Assembly: GCA_035687895.1 (NCBI GenBank)
Contig: DASRUE010000044.1
Span: 3,555 to 67,554, forward strand
Reading direction: 5' to 3'
Origin: Bacteroidota bacterium
Lineage (GTDB): Bacteria > Bacteroidota > Ignavibacteria > UBA10030 > UBA6906
DNA length: 64,000 nucleotides
This document shows positions 26,301 to 35,397 of this stretch, in pieces. Every line of letters begins with the position of its first letter. The stretch's first letter is position 1. The notes under the pieces are model-generated. The model saw nothing but the letters and a program-made list of their open reading frames with translations. It searched no databases and had not been told where the DNA came from. A program made the translations under genes and the position numbers.

Positions 26301-27939
26301 ATCTGCTGACCGTCCGATGAATCTCATCATCCATTCAGACGGCATTCCCATCAATGTCCTTGACCCGCTTCTGCCGACATTCGATCAACTCAACGGGACC
26401 ATGCGCTGCGATCTCACCCTCGTCGGATCTCCCACATCGCCCGATTACCGGGGGACGTTCAGTCTTGACAGTTGCTCCTTCCTTTTCGTGCCGAACCTGA
26501 TTGCGTATGCGTTCGAAGGGAAGTTCCAACCGGATGGGAGCAGGATCAAGGTACTCGATGCGGTGGTTCGGAGCAAACCTCCGGACGATATTCGCAAGCG
26601 TGAAGGGGTCGTGCATATCAGCGGTGACTTTGCGTTCAGTGATTTTAAACCAAGTGACTTCAACCTGACGGTGCAGGGAAAACTTCTTGTTGTGAAGGAA
26701 ACGACCCGCGCGTCATCGCTTTCTGTCTACGGCAATCTCTTCCTTGAAATTGGGCCGCGGGGACTGCACTATACGGGGGCTGTTGACAATTCGCGCCTCA
26801 GCGGGTACATCCTCATACGCAATTCGAGCCTCATTTTCCCACCCACACAAGAGACCGTTGGTGAAGAGCTCACAAATACCGTTCCCGTGGTAGTACTTGA
26901 TGACACGACACAGGTCAAGACGCAGCCTACCAGCTCGCTTTCTGCTCGCTACTTTTACACAGAGACCCCATCCGGCAGGAACGAGAATGATAGGGGGAAC
27001 GGGACTCCCAAAAAGTCGTTCGTGGATGGCATCCATTACGATCTCGATATCGAAGCAGCCGGCGGAAACACCGAGTTCAGAATGATTTTCAATGCAGCGA
27101 CGAATGAGGAGTTGGTCGCCAACCTTGTTGGAAAGTTTTCCATTACCGAGGACGGCAGGCGTTGGATCGGCACACTCACCATCGAGCGAGCGTACTACAA
27201 CTTTGTGAAGAGGTTCGATGCAGAGGGGACCATCCGGTACTCTGGAGAGTTCCTGAACCCCGAGCTCGATATCACCGCGCGGTACGAAGGGCTCCGGACA
27301 CTTCCCGATACATCGGCTTCGGTTCGGGGAGGCAAACCAGAAAAGATCGTTGTGACGATGAAGATCACAGGGACGAAGAGCGCTCCGAAGCTTGCCTGGT
27401 CAATGACCATTGACGAAGTTGATTATTACTCGTACCGTGGAGTGACCTCCAATGACGTGCAGACAGATGCCGTGGCTTTCATCCTGGCGGGAACATTTCC
27501 GCTGAGCAAGTCCGAAGCGAATGAAGCCGCTGCCAACCTCGATCTTGGTCCTGCGGCCAGCGGAGCACTCCTGACAGGTGCATCCTCGCTGTTCACGAAT
27601 GCCCTCTCAGAATATCTCCGACGGGAAACGGGTTTCATCCAGTCCATCGAATTCCGCTACGGCACGGAAGGGAGCGGGTTCGGCGATCGGGCTAATATCC
27701 GCCTAAGTGGCGTTGCAGCCGGCGGCCTTTGGCGCTACGGTGGAAAACTCTTCTCGTCGGGTAACCTCGGGGATGCCGATGTCAGCATACTCTACTCACT
27801 TGGTGACATTTTCGACCGGTCGTCGTTGAAGAATTTCATGTTTGAGTTCGAACGACGGGTCGAGACAAATAAGAATGGCGACGTGACCGACAAAAAGGAG
27901 ACCAATTCCGCCCGTGTCTTCTATCGCTTTTCATTCTAG
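23362..27939 (+). CDS. tamB: translocation and assembly module protein TamB (DUF490 family)
   Basis: 1525 aa with an N-terminal signal-anchor, a long beta-rich repetitive body and a DUF490-like C-terminus. Confidence 0.75.
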   Translation: MKTVKKILKRIFYVLVGVFIFLLLLAGFTQTQFFRDRLRAVVLSNLDSLLIAEIELGEFDGNLVTGFSVDHLSLKVGNDYLLVATRLDVRYDLFQIPGNTISIDNFTLVEPAIALVRGRDGLWNFERMIRPTSEDTSAPAPFQWLIFLNKLEIQDGTILLVDSAALGDPDHRRDNPYYVEYHDVTLKQFHLVTSLAITKNEKRAEIKTLSFRSNTPDITLESLAGVFSVRRDGAVVKNMVLKTGRSQLMLNAEMEGVDLFGGVDLEQLKSNPVELSLRSERLDLNELKRFIPELEFLSSTIALDLQAEGEFGELRVKKLNLAVGKTNLTTSGTVYNLHTPGDLYLDVKFTESRLYGPDVQTLLPTFDLPDFTKLGVTTLNLEYLGAPLNFHTKFLLETDAGNVHADASLLVGGPATLKYKGEVHGASVDLAKVLGDPALASNVYATAQIEGEGTSLDDLRTTLKLQIDSSAVAGRRVTLSQFLVEAADRKINVTGFAEAGPMRMVLTGELDERRPLHPAFSFTANISSLNLDDVFLDQNHTSALTMDITAEGTGLSWDNLNADFRIDFSPSRYRDYQITESRFHLLVDQRDPKKKELKLESTVADFSLTGTFDTKYMAGLISFELQNLRGAIGEKFASLDSSIASSVDRDALAALGKELAHAGKQLDAAFSLHLKNLEPISNVTGNRTFNGVGLLTGSINGNYDEVDVHGELKIDDFFYGNADSGLLIQNGAASLTVNTLKPTDPLKDVEIRIAADVERVHVNRSELDSLRLTFTYQQEYSSYAGRAQFNRDTRAILSGFSTIVDDQLVFTLNDFQFAYKNFGWRADGGASAGFGTRGIDIKGLVMRRDTQSVSLACHIGSGDELAATVSATAVDLDNLKFLIAEEQGGARRKAFAGVGNFTLQARGTLENPEYTASLRARDVSFRGIPFGEIVGDFTYGHEVLGTDLRIKEQTSDAQGRALLTVKGTLPVNFALKGPSGSADRPMNLIIHSDGIPINVLDPLLPTFDQLNGTMRCDLTLVGSPTSPDYRGTFSLDSCSFLFVPNLIAYAFEGKFQPDGSRIKVLDAVVRSKPPDDIRKREGVVHISGDFAFSDFKPSDFNLTVQGKLLVVKETTRASSLSVYGNLFLEIGPRGLHYTGAVDNSRLSGYILIRNSSLIFPPTQETVGEELTNTVPVVVLDDTTQVKTQPTSSLSARYFYTETPSGRNENDRGNGTPKKSFVDGIHYDLDIEAAGGNTEFRMIFNAATNEELVANLVGKFSITEDGRRWIGTLTIERAYYNFVKRFDAEGTIRYSGEFLNPELDITARYEGLRTLPDTSASVRGGKPEKIVVTMKITGTKSAPKLAWSMTIDEVDYYSYRGVTSNDVQTDAVAFILAGTFPLSKSEANEAAANLDLGPAASGALLTGASSLFTNALSEYLRRETGFIQSIEFRYGTEGSGFGDRANIRLSGVAAGGLWRYGGKLFSSGNLGDADVSILYSLGDIFDRSSLKNFMFEFERRVETNKNGDVTDKKETNSARVFYRFSF

Positions 27940-27962
27940 CTCATCATCACAGGAGTCCCTCT

Positions 27963-30131
27963 ATCGCACATCTAAAAAAAAACCTGCTCGCATTTCTTTC
28001 CGGGCATCCCGACGAGAAATTCACACTGAAACAAATCACCAAGCACCTCAAGATCAACGGTGCCGAGGAATACCACGGACTGCGCGTTCTCATCGATGAC
28101 CTGGAGGGCAGAGGCCTTGTTGGTACGGATGAAAAGGGACAGATCCATTATGCCCGCGTCCGGAAGTCCGGGCAGAACCAACATGCCGTCAAAGGACCCA
28201 CCAACCGTCTGATCGGCAAATTGAGTGTGAACAGGCGTGGCATGGGGTTCGTCAATGTGGATGGGCTGGAAGAAGAAATCGTGGTCGCACCGCGATTTAT
28301 GAAGACCGCGCTGCATGGGGATATTGTTGCGGTAGTACCGTTTGCGCGCCCTGTGCGTGGACTTCGTCGGGGAGAGCGGGAAAGGACTGAAGGCGAGATC
28401 GTTGAAATCGTCAAACGCACTCTCACCTCGGTAGTCGGAACGCTGGACGCAAATGCCAGGTTTTGGTTCGTCGTGCCGGACGACCAGCGCCTCTCGCGCG
28501 ACATTTATATTGCCCGGGACGAAGCCACTACTGCGCACCATGGCGACAAGGTGCTGGTGGAGCTCCTTGCCTGGGATGATGAGCACAAGAATCCCGAAGG
28601 GACGATCGTCGAAATCTTGGGGAAATCCGGCGACGCGCGGGTGGAAGTGCTGGGTGTGGCACGAAGCTTCGGACTGCCGATGCGTTTTCCGAAAGAGGTG
28701 GAAGAAGCGTCCCGCCAGCTGAGCGATCAGATCACCAGTGATGAAATCCGTAAACGTGTTGATCTTCGCAAACAGACGTGTATCACGATTGACCCGGAGG
28801 ATGCAAAGGATTTTGATGATGCGCTGTCGATCGAGGAATTGGAAGACGGGGCCGTCCGGCTCGGTGTTCACATCGCCGATGTAAGTCACTATGTTCGTGA
28901 AGGCACTCTCCTCGATGCAGAGGCGTATCAGCGGGGGACGAGCGTCTACATGGTGAATGAAGTCATCCCGATGCTACCGGAGCGGCTCTCCAATGACCTG
29001 TGCAGTCTTCGACCTGATGTCGACCGGCTGACGTACAGTGTGTTTATGGATATTAACGCGCAGGGGAAGGTGGTGGACTACTCTATTGCGAAAAGCGTCA
29101 TCCATAGCGCGAAACGGTTCACGTACGAAGACGTTCAAGGTATCATTGAAAAGAAACATGGTGAACATGCAAGTGTCATCCTTCGTCTGTTTGCACTCAG
29201 CCAGGTGCTTCTCAAACGACGTCGACGTAACGGCAGCATCGACTTTGATACGTCTGAGGCAAAGTTCAAGTTCGATGAAACCGGCCTTCCCTCACAGATC
29301 GTGAAGAAGGTACGATTGGATGCCCACCGTCTGGTGGAAGAATGTATGCTACTTGCAAACAAGACTGTGACGAAACACGTCGGCGTAGAGAAGGCCGAAG
29401 AACAGGTGAAGCCTTTCGTGTATCGAGTCCATGACGCTCCCGATCCATCCCGTCTGACCGACCTGGCGAATTTTGTGAAGCAGTTCGGATACTCGCTCGA
29501 CGCGAAGAAGGGAGTCTCGTCCCGCGCGCTGCAAAAGCTGCTTGATCAGGTCCGGGGGTCAGAGGTGGAAGACCTGATCACCGAGGTGGCGCTCCGCTCG
29601 ATGGCCAAGGCCATTTACAGCGAGAAGAACATCGGCCACTATGGACTGGGGTTCAAATACTACTCCCACTTTACATCCCCAATTCGGCGTTACCCTGACC
29701 TCGTTGTGCACCGCTTGTTGTATGAATACACCCGTCCGCTCACACCCCAGCGGCGCGCGCAACTGGAAGCATCGCTACCGCCGACCTGCCGTCAGGCATC
29801 CGACCGCGAGCGGGTGGCAGTTGAGGCTGAGCGGGCATCGGTCAAGGTGATGCAGGTCGAATATATGAAGCGTCACGTTGGCGATGAATTTGACGGAATC
29901 ATCGGGGGGGTGACGGAGTTCGGGCTGTTCGTGGAGATCACAGATCTCCTCGTCGAGGGATTGGTGAAGGTGAGGGACCTGGGAGACGACTACTATCTCT
30001 TTGATGAAAAGAAATACACCCTGCGTGGACGCTCACGGGGGAAGGAATACCGCCTGGGTGACAAAATCCGCGTAAAGGTAGTATCCGTTGACCCCGAAAA
30101 ACGGGAAATTGACTTCGCTATCGTCAAGTGA
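27963..30131 (+). CDS. rnr: ribonuclease R
   Basis: It has the RNB motif DPEDAKDFDDALS, a C-terminal S1 domain and an N-terminal wHTH (KKNLLAFLSGHPDEKFTLKQITKHL). The reading frame is open upstream of the TTG listed in the track. The only well-placed start is ATC 27963, 7 nt after AGGAG. Confidence 0.85.
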   Translation: MAHLKKNLLAFLSGHPDEKFTLKQITKHLKINGAEEYHGLRVLIDDLEGRGLVGTDEKGQIHYARVRKSGQNQHAVKGPTNRLIGKLSVNRRGMGFVNVDGLEEEIVVAPRFMKTALHGDIVAVVPFARPVRGLRRGERERTEGEIVEIVKRTLTSVVGTLDANARFWFVVPDDQRLSRDIYIARDEATTAHHGDKVLVELLAWDDEHKNPEGTIVEILGKSGDARVEVLGVARSFGLPMRFPKEVEEASRQLSDQITSDEIRKRVDLRKQTCITIDPEDAKDFDDALSIEELEDGAVRLGVHIADVSHYVREGTLLDAEAYQRGTSVYMVNEVIPMLPERLSNDLCSLRPDVDRLTYSVFMDINAQGKVVDYSIAKSVIHSAKRFTYEDVQGIIEKKHGEHASVILRLFALSQVLLKRRRRNGSIDFDTSEAKFKFDETGLPSQIVKKVRLDAHRLVEECMLLANKTVTKHVGVEKAEEQVKPFVYRVHDAPDPSRLTDLANFVKQFGYSLDAKKGVSSRALQKLLDQVRGSEVEDLITEVALRSMAKAIYSEKNIGHYGLGFKYYSHFTSPIRRYPDLVVHRLLYEYTRPLTPQRRAQLEASLPPTCRQASDRERVAVEAERASVKVMQVEYMKRHVGDEFDGIIGGVTEFGLFVEITDLLVEGLVKVRDLGDDYYLFDEKKYTLRGRSRGKEYRLGDKIRVKVVSVDPEKREIDFAIVK

Positions 30132-30265
30132 ATTCTGCGGAACACCGGCGCTATATTCGGCTGTTGTAGTTAACAAGGGCGGAGGAATTGCATTTTCTCA
30201 GACCGTTTAGTAGTATATCACAGGTGCTGTTCTAACGGAAATACATCCCAACGTGCGAGGGGAAC

Positions 30266-33200
30266 ATGCTAGCGAAAGGGACTGCCGTGAGGCGCGGGAG
30301 GAAAATCGGGTGGTTGACTATCTTGGCAGTGGTGGTGATGGTGCCGGCGGTTGTGTTCGGGCAGGATGGGCTGTTCGGAAAGAATAAAGTCCAGTATAAA
30401 AAGTTCAACTGGTACTTCATCCAGTCGGACCACTTTGATATTTATTTCTCGGACGGAGGGGAATCTCTGGCTGAGTTCACTGCTTACGCTGCTGAATCCG
30501 CATACGTTTCCATCAGCAAATCCTTCCGCTACCAGCTTGTGAACCGTGTCCCGTGGATTGTCTACAACTCCCACAATGAGTTCCAGCAGACCAACGTTAT
30601 CGGAGAGTACCTCGAGGAGGGGATCGGTGGTGTGACGGAGTTGTTCAAGAACCGGGTCGTCGTTCCGTTCGAAGGAGACTACAAGAAGTTCCGCCATGTG
30701 ATCCACCACGAACTTGTGCACGCCGTTATTAACGATATGTTTTACGGCGGGTCCATTCAATCCATCATCTCCAACAACATCACGTTGCAGCTCCCCCTCT
30801 GGTTCAACGAGGGACTTGCCGAGTATGAAGCTCTACGATGGGATACGAACTCGGATATGTTTCTTCGGGACGCCACAGTCCACGAGTACCTTCCGGCCGT
30901 CAACCAATTGTACGGATACTTTGCCTACCGCGGAGGACAATCGCTCTGGTGGTACATCTCGCGCAAGTACGGTGAGCAAAAGATCGGGGAAATCCTGAAT
31001 CGCATCAAGAGCACGCGGAGTGTTGAAGCTGGTTTCAAGGGGTCGATTGGCCTTGGCCTGGAGGAACTCTCCGAGCGATGGCAAAAGGACCAGAAGGTAA
31101 TGTACTGGCCGGACATCGCCAAGCGAGAGGAACCGGCGGACTATGCGCGGCGCTTGACCGACCATCGGAAGGATGGTGGGTTCTATAATACCAGCCCTGC
31201 GATTTCCCCACAAGGTGATCGCGTGGCGTTCATCTCAAATAGAAACGACTATTTCGATGTCTTTCTTTTGAATGCCATCGATGGTACGATCATCGACAAG
31301 ATTGTAAATGGGCAGCAGACTAACGACTTCGAGGAACTCCATCTTCTCACGCCCGGAATTACCTGGTCGCCTGATGGGAAGAAGATAGCGCTTGCCGCGA
31401 AAGCAGGGGAACAGGACGCCATCCTGATCATTGACATTGAAAATGATACACAGGAAAAGTTGGTGTTCGACCTGGATGGAATCTTCTCCGTGGATTGGTC
31501 GGCGCAGGGCGACAAGCTGGCCTTCGTCGGGAACGCACTTCACCAATCAGATATCTATGTTTATGACCTGAACACCCGACAACTCACCAATCTGACGGAG
31601 GATGTCCACAGTGACTCCGATCCCTGCTGGTCACCGGACGGCACACGGATCTATTTCACGTCAGACAGGGGTGACAGAACGGACCGTGCCACCGCAGTAC
31701 TCACGAAGAGCTTCGATTACAGTCAGGCAGATCTATACAGTGTTGAAGTGGCCTCCAGGGCGGTGGATCGGATTCTTTCCTGGCCACACAGTGATGAGGG
31801 ATCCACGGAGGTGTCGCCCGACGGAAAGAAACTCCTGTTCGTCTCGGACCGGAACGGAATCAACAACATCTATGTGTTGAACCTGGAGACGAAGGAGACG
31901 CGTCCGGTAACGAACTCCCTCAGTGGTGTGTACCAGCTCTCGCTTTCCAACGACGGCAGCAAGCTGGCTTTTTCTTCACTCAATCATGCCGGCTTCGATC
32001 TTTTCCTGATGCGGAATGCGTTTGAGCGAGACATCAAGATGGCTGAACTGGAACCGACGGAATTCTTCAAGGAGAAATTCAAAGCGTCAACAACGGCTCC
32101 AGACGAACCCGCAGTCGTCGAGCATCACACAGTTAAGGATACCACGGGGTTGTACGGTAAGGATATTCAGATTGACTTCAGCAGCTATGTGTTCAAGGAC
32201 GCGTTGGAAGATGCCATTCCCAAGGACTCTACCCTTGCACGGCTCCCCAGGATTGCGAACAACCTTGACGAGGACGGCAGCTATAAAGTCAACAAATATA
32301 AATTGAACTTCTCACCGGATATCATTTACGGCAACGCCGGGTACAACACGTTCTACGGTGTCACTGGCTCAACGGTGATGGCATTCAGCGACCTGCTGGG
32401 AAACCACCAGATCGTGTTTGTGACAAACCTGCTGTTGGACCTGAAGAACAGTGACTACGGGCTACAGTATTTCTATCTGCCCGAGCGTGTGGACTTCGGG
32501 ATCGCGGGGTTCCACAGCGCCCGCTTTGTCTTTGTGGATGATATCTACGGTGGGAGCTACTACCGTTTCAGGACCTACGGGGCAAGTCTCGCCGCTTCCT
32601 ACCCGATTGACAGATTCAACAGGGTGGACTTTGGGCTGAATTGGTACAACATCACCCGTGAGAATCTTGATGTTCTTGGTGAGCCTCTCCAGCGTCGCAC
32701 TGTGCTGGTCCCATCCGTCGGATACACTCATGACAACTCCCTCTGGGGATACACAGCGCCGGTGAACGGATCGCGTTACAGTATCAATCTCTTTGGTACC
32801 CCAAAGCTCGGGACGTCGGGCCTCAGCTTCGTTAACGTGACTGCAGACTATCGTACGTATCTCCGTCTCGGTCGGAACTACACAATTGCACTGCGAACTG
32901 CGGCAGGTGGCAGTTTTGGACGCAACCCTCAGAAGTTTATAGTGGGCGGTGTGGATAACTGGATCAACCGGGAGTTCGAAGGTGGCTATATCCCCATCGA
33001 GAACGCGGAGGACTACATCTTCCTGCAAACCGGCACGCCACTTCGAGGCTACAATTATAACGCCGCCATCGGTTCCCGGTACGGGTTATTTAACATGGAA
33101 CTCCGGTATCCTCTTTTTGCATTTCTCCAGGCGGGTCCGCTCCCGATCGGACTCCAGAGCATTGGAGGGGCAATTTTCTTTGATATGGGTGCGGCGTGGA

Positions 33201-33397
33201 ACAAGGAGCGCGATTTTGTGGCGTTTACCCGCGACGCCGAAGGACACCTTGTAACCAGGGACCTGCTGATGGGCATGGGAACAGGAGCCCGCATCTTCTT
33301 CCTTGCGTTTCTCGTCCGCTTCGATGTGGCGTGGGCCTGGAATGTGAACGGGTTCTCTGAGCCGAAGTACTATCTTTCGCTTGGCGCGGATATCTAA
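30266..33397 (+). CDS. MA-clan peptidase-like / PD40 (TolB-like) beta-propeller / Omp85-family beta-barrel fusion protein
   Basis: It has a signal peptide and the zinc motif HHELVHAV. There are at least 6 PD40 repeats (SPQGDRVAF, WSPDGKKIAL, WSAQGDKLAF, WSPDGTRIYF, SPDGKKLLF, SNDGSKLAF). The C-terminal ~350 aa has a surface-antigen barrel pattern. Confidence 0.75.
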   Translation: MLAKGTAVRRGRKIGWLTILAVVVMVPAVVFGQDGLFGKNKVQYKKFNWYFIQSDHFDIYFSDGGESLAEFTAYAAESAYVSISKSFRYQLVNRVPWIVYNSHNEFQQTNVIGEYLEEGIGGVTELFKNRVVVPFEGDYKKFRHVIHHELVHAVINDMFYGGSIQSIISNNITLQLPLWFNEGLAEYEALRWDTNSDMFLRDATVHEYLPAVNQLYGYFAYRGGQSLWWYISRKYGEQKIGEILNRIKSTRSVEAGFKGSIGLGLEELSERWQKDQKVMYWPDIAKREEPADYARRLTDHRKDGGFYNTSPAISPQGDRVAFISNRNDYFDVFLLNAIDGTIIDKIVNGQQTNDFEELHLLTPGITWSPDGKKIALAAKAGEQDAILIIDIENDTQEKLVFDLDGIFSVDWSAQGDKLAFVGNALHQSDIYVYDLNTRQLTNLTEDVHSDSDPCWSPDGTRIYFTSDRGDRTDRATAVLTKSFDYSQADLYSVEVASRAVDRILSWPHSDEGSTEVSPDGKKLLFVSDRNGINNIYVLNLETKETRPVTNSLSGVYQLSLSNDGSKLAFSSLNHAGFDLFLMRNAFERDIKMAELEPTEFFKEKFKASTTAPDEPAVVEHHTVKDTTGLYGKDIQIDFSSYVFKDALEDAIPKDSTLARLPRIANNLDEDGSYKVNKYKLNFSPDIIYGNAGYNTFYGVTGSTVMAFSDLLGNHQIVFVTNLLLDLKNSDYGLQYFYLPERVDFGIAGFHSARFVFVDDIYGGSYYRFRTYGASLAASYPIDRFNRVDFGLNWYNITRENLDVLGEPLQRRTVLVPSVGYTHDNSLWGYTAPVNGSRYSINLFGTPKLGTSGLSFVNVTADYRTYLRLGRNYTIALRTAAGGSFGRNPQKFIVGGVDNWINREFEGGYIPIENAEDYIFLQTGTPLRGYNYNAAIGSRYGLFNMELRYPLFAFLQAGPLPIGLQSIGGAIFFDMGAAWNKERDFVAFTRDAEGHLVTRDLLMGMGTGARIFFLAFLVRFDVAWAWNVNGFSEPKYYLSLGADI

Positions 33398-33423
33398 TGA
33401 CGGATTGCATATAGAAACACTCC

Positions 33424-33451
33424 GGCCCCACCTCTTCACAGAGATGGGGCC
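33424..33451. terminator. bidirectional hairpin between convergent genes
   Basis: GGCCCCA(C)CTCT-TCAC-AGAG(A)TGGGGCC. T-rich tails are only moderate. Confidence 0.5.
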
Positions 33452-33528
33452 GTGTTCGCTTGGTAGGGAAGGGGGCGTGAACCACGCTGGGCCCGGACTA
33501 GGTGTCACGCCTCCCCTCCTTCTTCCCC

Positions 33529-33786
33529 TTACTTCTTCTCGTCTTCCTTCTTCTCCATCTTTGCCTCATGCTTCGCATCGTGCTTCTTTAGTTTCTTGAC
33601 CTTCTTCACCCCGTCTTCTTTCTTCAGTGTTGTCTTTGGGGTTACCTCCTTTTTCATTTCTTCCTTCTTGAGTTCGGTCTTTGGCTTTTCCTGCACGACA
33701 AGCTTTGCGGCCGTCTGTGCGAACACGGTGCTCGAGAATGCGAAGAGAGTTGCGAGCACAAGAGCAAACATCATGTGGCTTTTCAT
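33529..33786 (-). CDS. small secreted lysine/glutamate-rich protein
   Basis: It has a signal peptide (MKSHMMFALVLATLFAFSSTVFAQ) followed by KKE-type low-complexity repeats. GGAGG lies before the ATG. Confidence 0.6.
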   Translation of the reverse strand: MKSHMMFALVLATLFAFSSTVFAQTAAKLVVQEKPKTELKKEEMKKEVTPKTTLKKEDGVKKVKKLKKHDAKHEAKMEKKEDEKK

Positions 33787-33922
33787 ATGAAACCTCCAGC
33801 AGTAGTGATAAGATATGTGTGAGGAAATGGTTGAGCTTGTCGCTGGATAAAGATACGTCCGGTGTATGAATCCGACGTTAACAGGCGGTTAAAGGTTTTT
33901 CATTGCCCGGAGTTTTGGACGC

Positions 33923-35395
33923 TCAATTGAGGGGAAGGTGGACGGTGAAGATGGATCCTTTGTCGATTTCGCTCTGGACGGTGATTGTGCCCCGGTGAAG
34001 CTCGGCAATCCACTTCGCGATCGACAGGCCAAGCCCGGTGCCGCCAAGATCCCTCGATCGTGCCTTGTCGACACGGTAAAATCGGTCGAACACCTTGTCA
34101 ATGTCGTACGGAGGGATGCCAATTCCTGTGTCTGCGACGCGGAAGAGAGCGGTACCGTTTTGCTGTTCCACCGCGAGCGTTACGGAGCCCCCTTCCGGTG
34201 TGTACTTCACAGCATTGTCGATGATGTTGAGGAAAAGCTGACGCAGGCGTACCTTATCTCCAACAATCGTGATGGGCGGGTTCGCCAGGAGCGACACGTG
34301 GATCTTCTTCGGCTCAGCGAGCATTTCGCTGTCATTAAAAAGCTCGTTCACGAGATCGGCGAGATTGACCTCGGTGAAGTGTGCCTCGTAAGTACCCTGG
34401 TCGGCTTTTGCCAGGGTCATCAGGTTGTTGATGATCGAGGACATGCGGAGGATTTCCTCGAGTGAGCTCTCCAATGTGCGCCGGTATTCCTCGGGGGTCT
34501 TTGGACTGCGGAGCGAGAGCTCGATCTCACCGCGCAGGATGGTGAGCGGTGTACGCAGTTCATGGGACGCATCGGCGGAGAACTGACGGACTTGTGCGAA
34601 CGAGTCGTGAAGACGCTTGATCATGTCGTTAAATGTCGTGATCAGCCGCCCGATCTCGTCATCGATCGTTCGGGCAGGGATGGTCTGATCGAGGTTCTCT
34701 GCCGTGATCCTTCGCGCGCGGGTGGTCACTTCATCGACAGGCCGCAGCGAGGCGTTGGCTAGATAGAGACCCCCGATGATGGATACGGTGAGGGCGATGG
34801 GGATGAGGATCAGGAAGATGGAGTATAGGTTCTCCAGCACTTCACTCAACTCCGCCAGGGGGTAGCCGACGAAGATCGTGAAGTTCTTGTCCCGCGTTGC
34901 TGAAATGCGGATTGGTTCGCCTCGGAGCCATAACGTGCTCAATTGCGTGGTGTCAATCGAAACAGTGGAAGCGAGCTTCAACGTATCCTCATCGAGATTC
35001 AGCGACCGATAAATGACGGTCCCCTTCTTGTCTGCCACCTGGATGTATGTTTTTTTTGGACTGAGGAGTGTGTGTTCGTAGATCTGGTTCCAGATTTCGT
35101 CCGCTTCCTCGGCGGCGGGGTCCGCTGTACTGTCGGGTTCTACCGGGCGCTGCCTTGGCTTTCTCCGAAGGAGGTATTCGATGGAGCGTTTGCTGGGTTT
35201 CACCTTGCTCGCCTGGGGCTGGATGAAATCCCGGACCCATCGGACCTCGTTGCGCAGTGAGATGTCGAGGTTGTCAGAGAGGGTTCTGCCGGTGTAGTAA
35301 TACGAAAGGCCCCCAAACGCCAGGAGGGTGGTGAGGACAAGGAGGGAATACCAGAATGTGAGTTTTGCCCGGATTGACTGCAGTCGAAGCTTCAC
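33923..35395 (-). CDS. sensor histidine kinase (HAMP-HisKA-HATPase; CusS/ArlS-like)
   Basis: It has the H box SHELRTPLT, the N box NIIDNAVKYT and the G boxes DTGIGI / GTGLGLSI, plus two TM segments and HAMP. GTG start. Confidence 0.9.
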   Translation of the reverse strand: MKLRLQSIRAKLTFWYSLLVLTTLLAFGGLSYYYTGRTLSDNLDISLRNEVRWVRDFIQPQASKVKPSKRSIEYLLRRKPRQRPVEPDSTADPAAEEADEIWNQIYEHTLLSPKKTYIQVADKKGTVIYRSLNLDEDTLKLASTVSIDTTQLSTLWLRGEPIRISATRDKNFTIFVGYPLAELSEVLENLYSIFLILIPIALTVSIIGGLYLANASLRPVDEVTTRARRITAENLDQTIPARTIDDEIGRLITTFNDMIKRLHDSFAQVRQFSADASHELRTPLTILRGEIELSLRSPKTPEEYRRTLESSLEEILRMSSIINNLMTLAKADQGTYEAHFTEVNLADLVNELFNDSEMLAEPKKIHVSLLANPPITIVGDKVRLRQLFLNIIDNAVKYTPEGGSVTLAVEQQNGTALFRVADTGIGIPPYDIDKVFDRFYRVDKARSRDLGGTGLGLSIAKWIAELHRGTITVQSEIDKGSIFTVHLPLN

Positions 35396-35397
35396 GT

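Noticed and set aside
27972-28889. 305-aa ORF antisense to rnr
   Set aside because: It is a shadow ORF over the RNase R N-terminal and RNB region. The sense frame is continuous and homologous.
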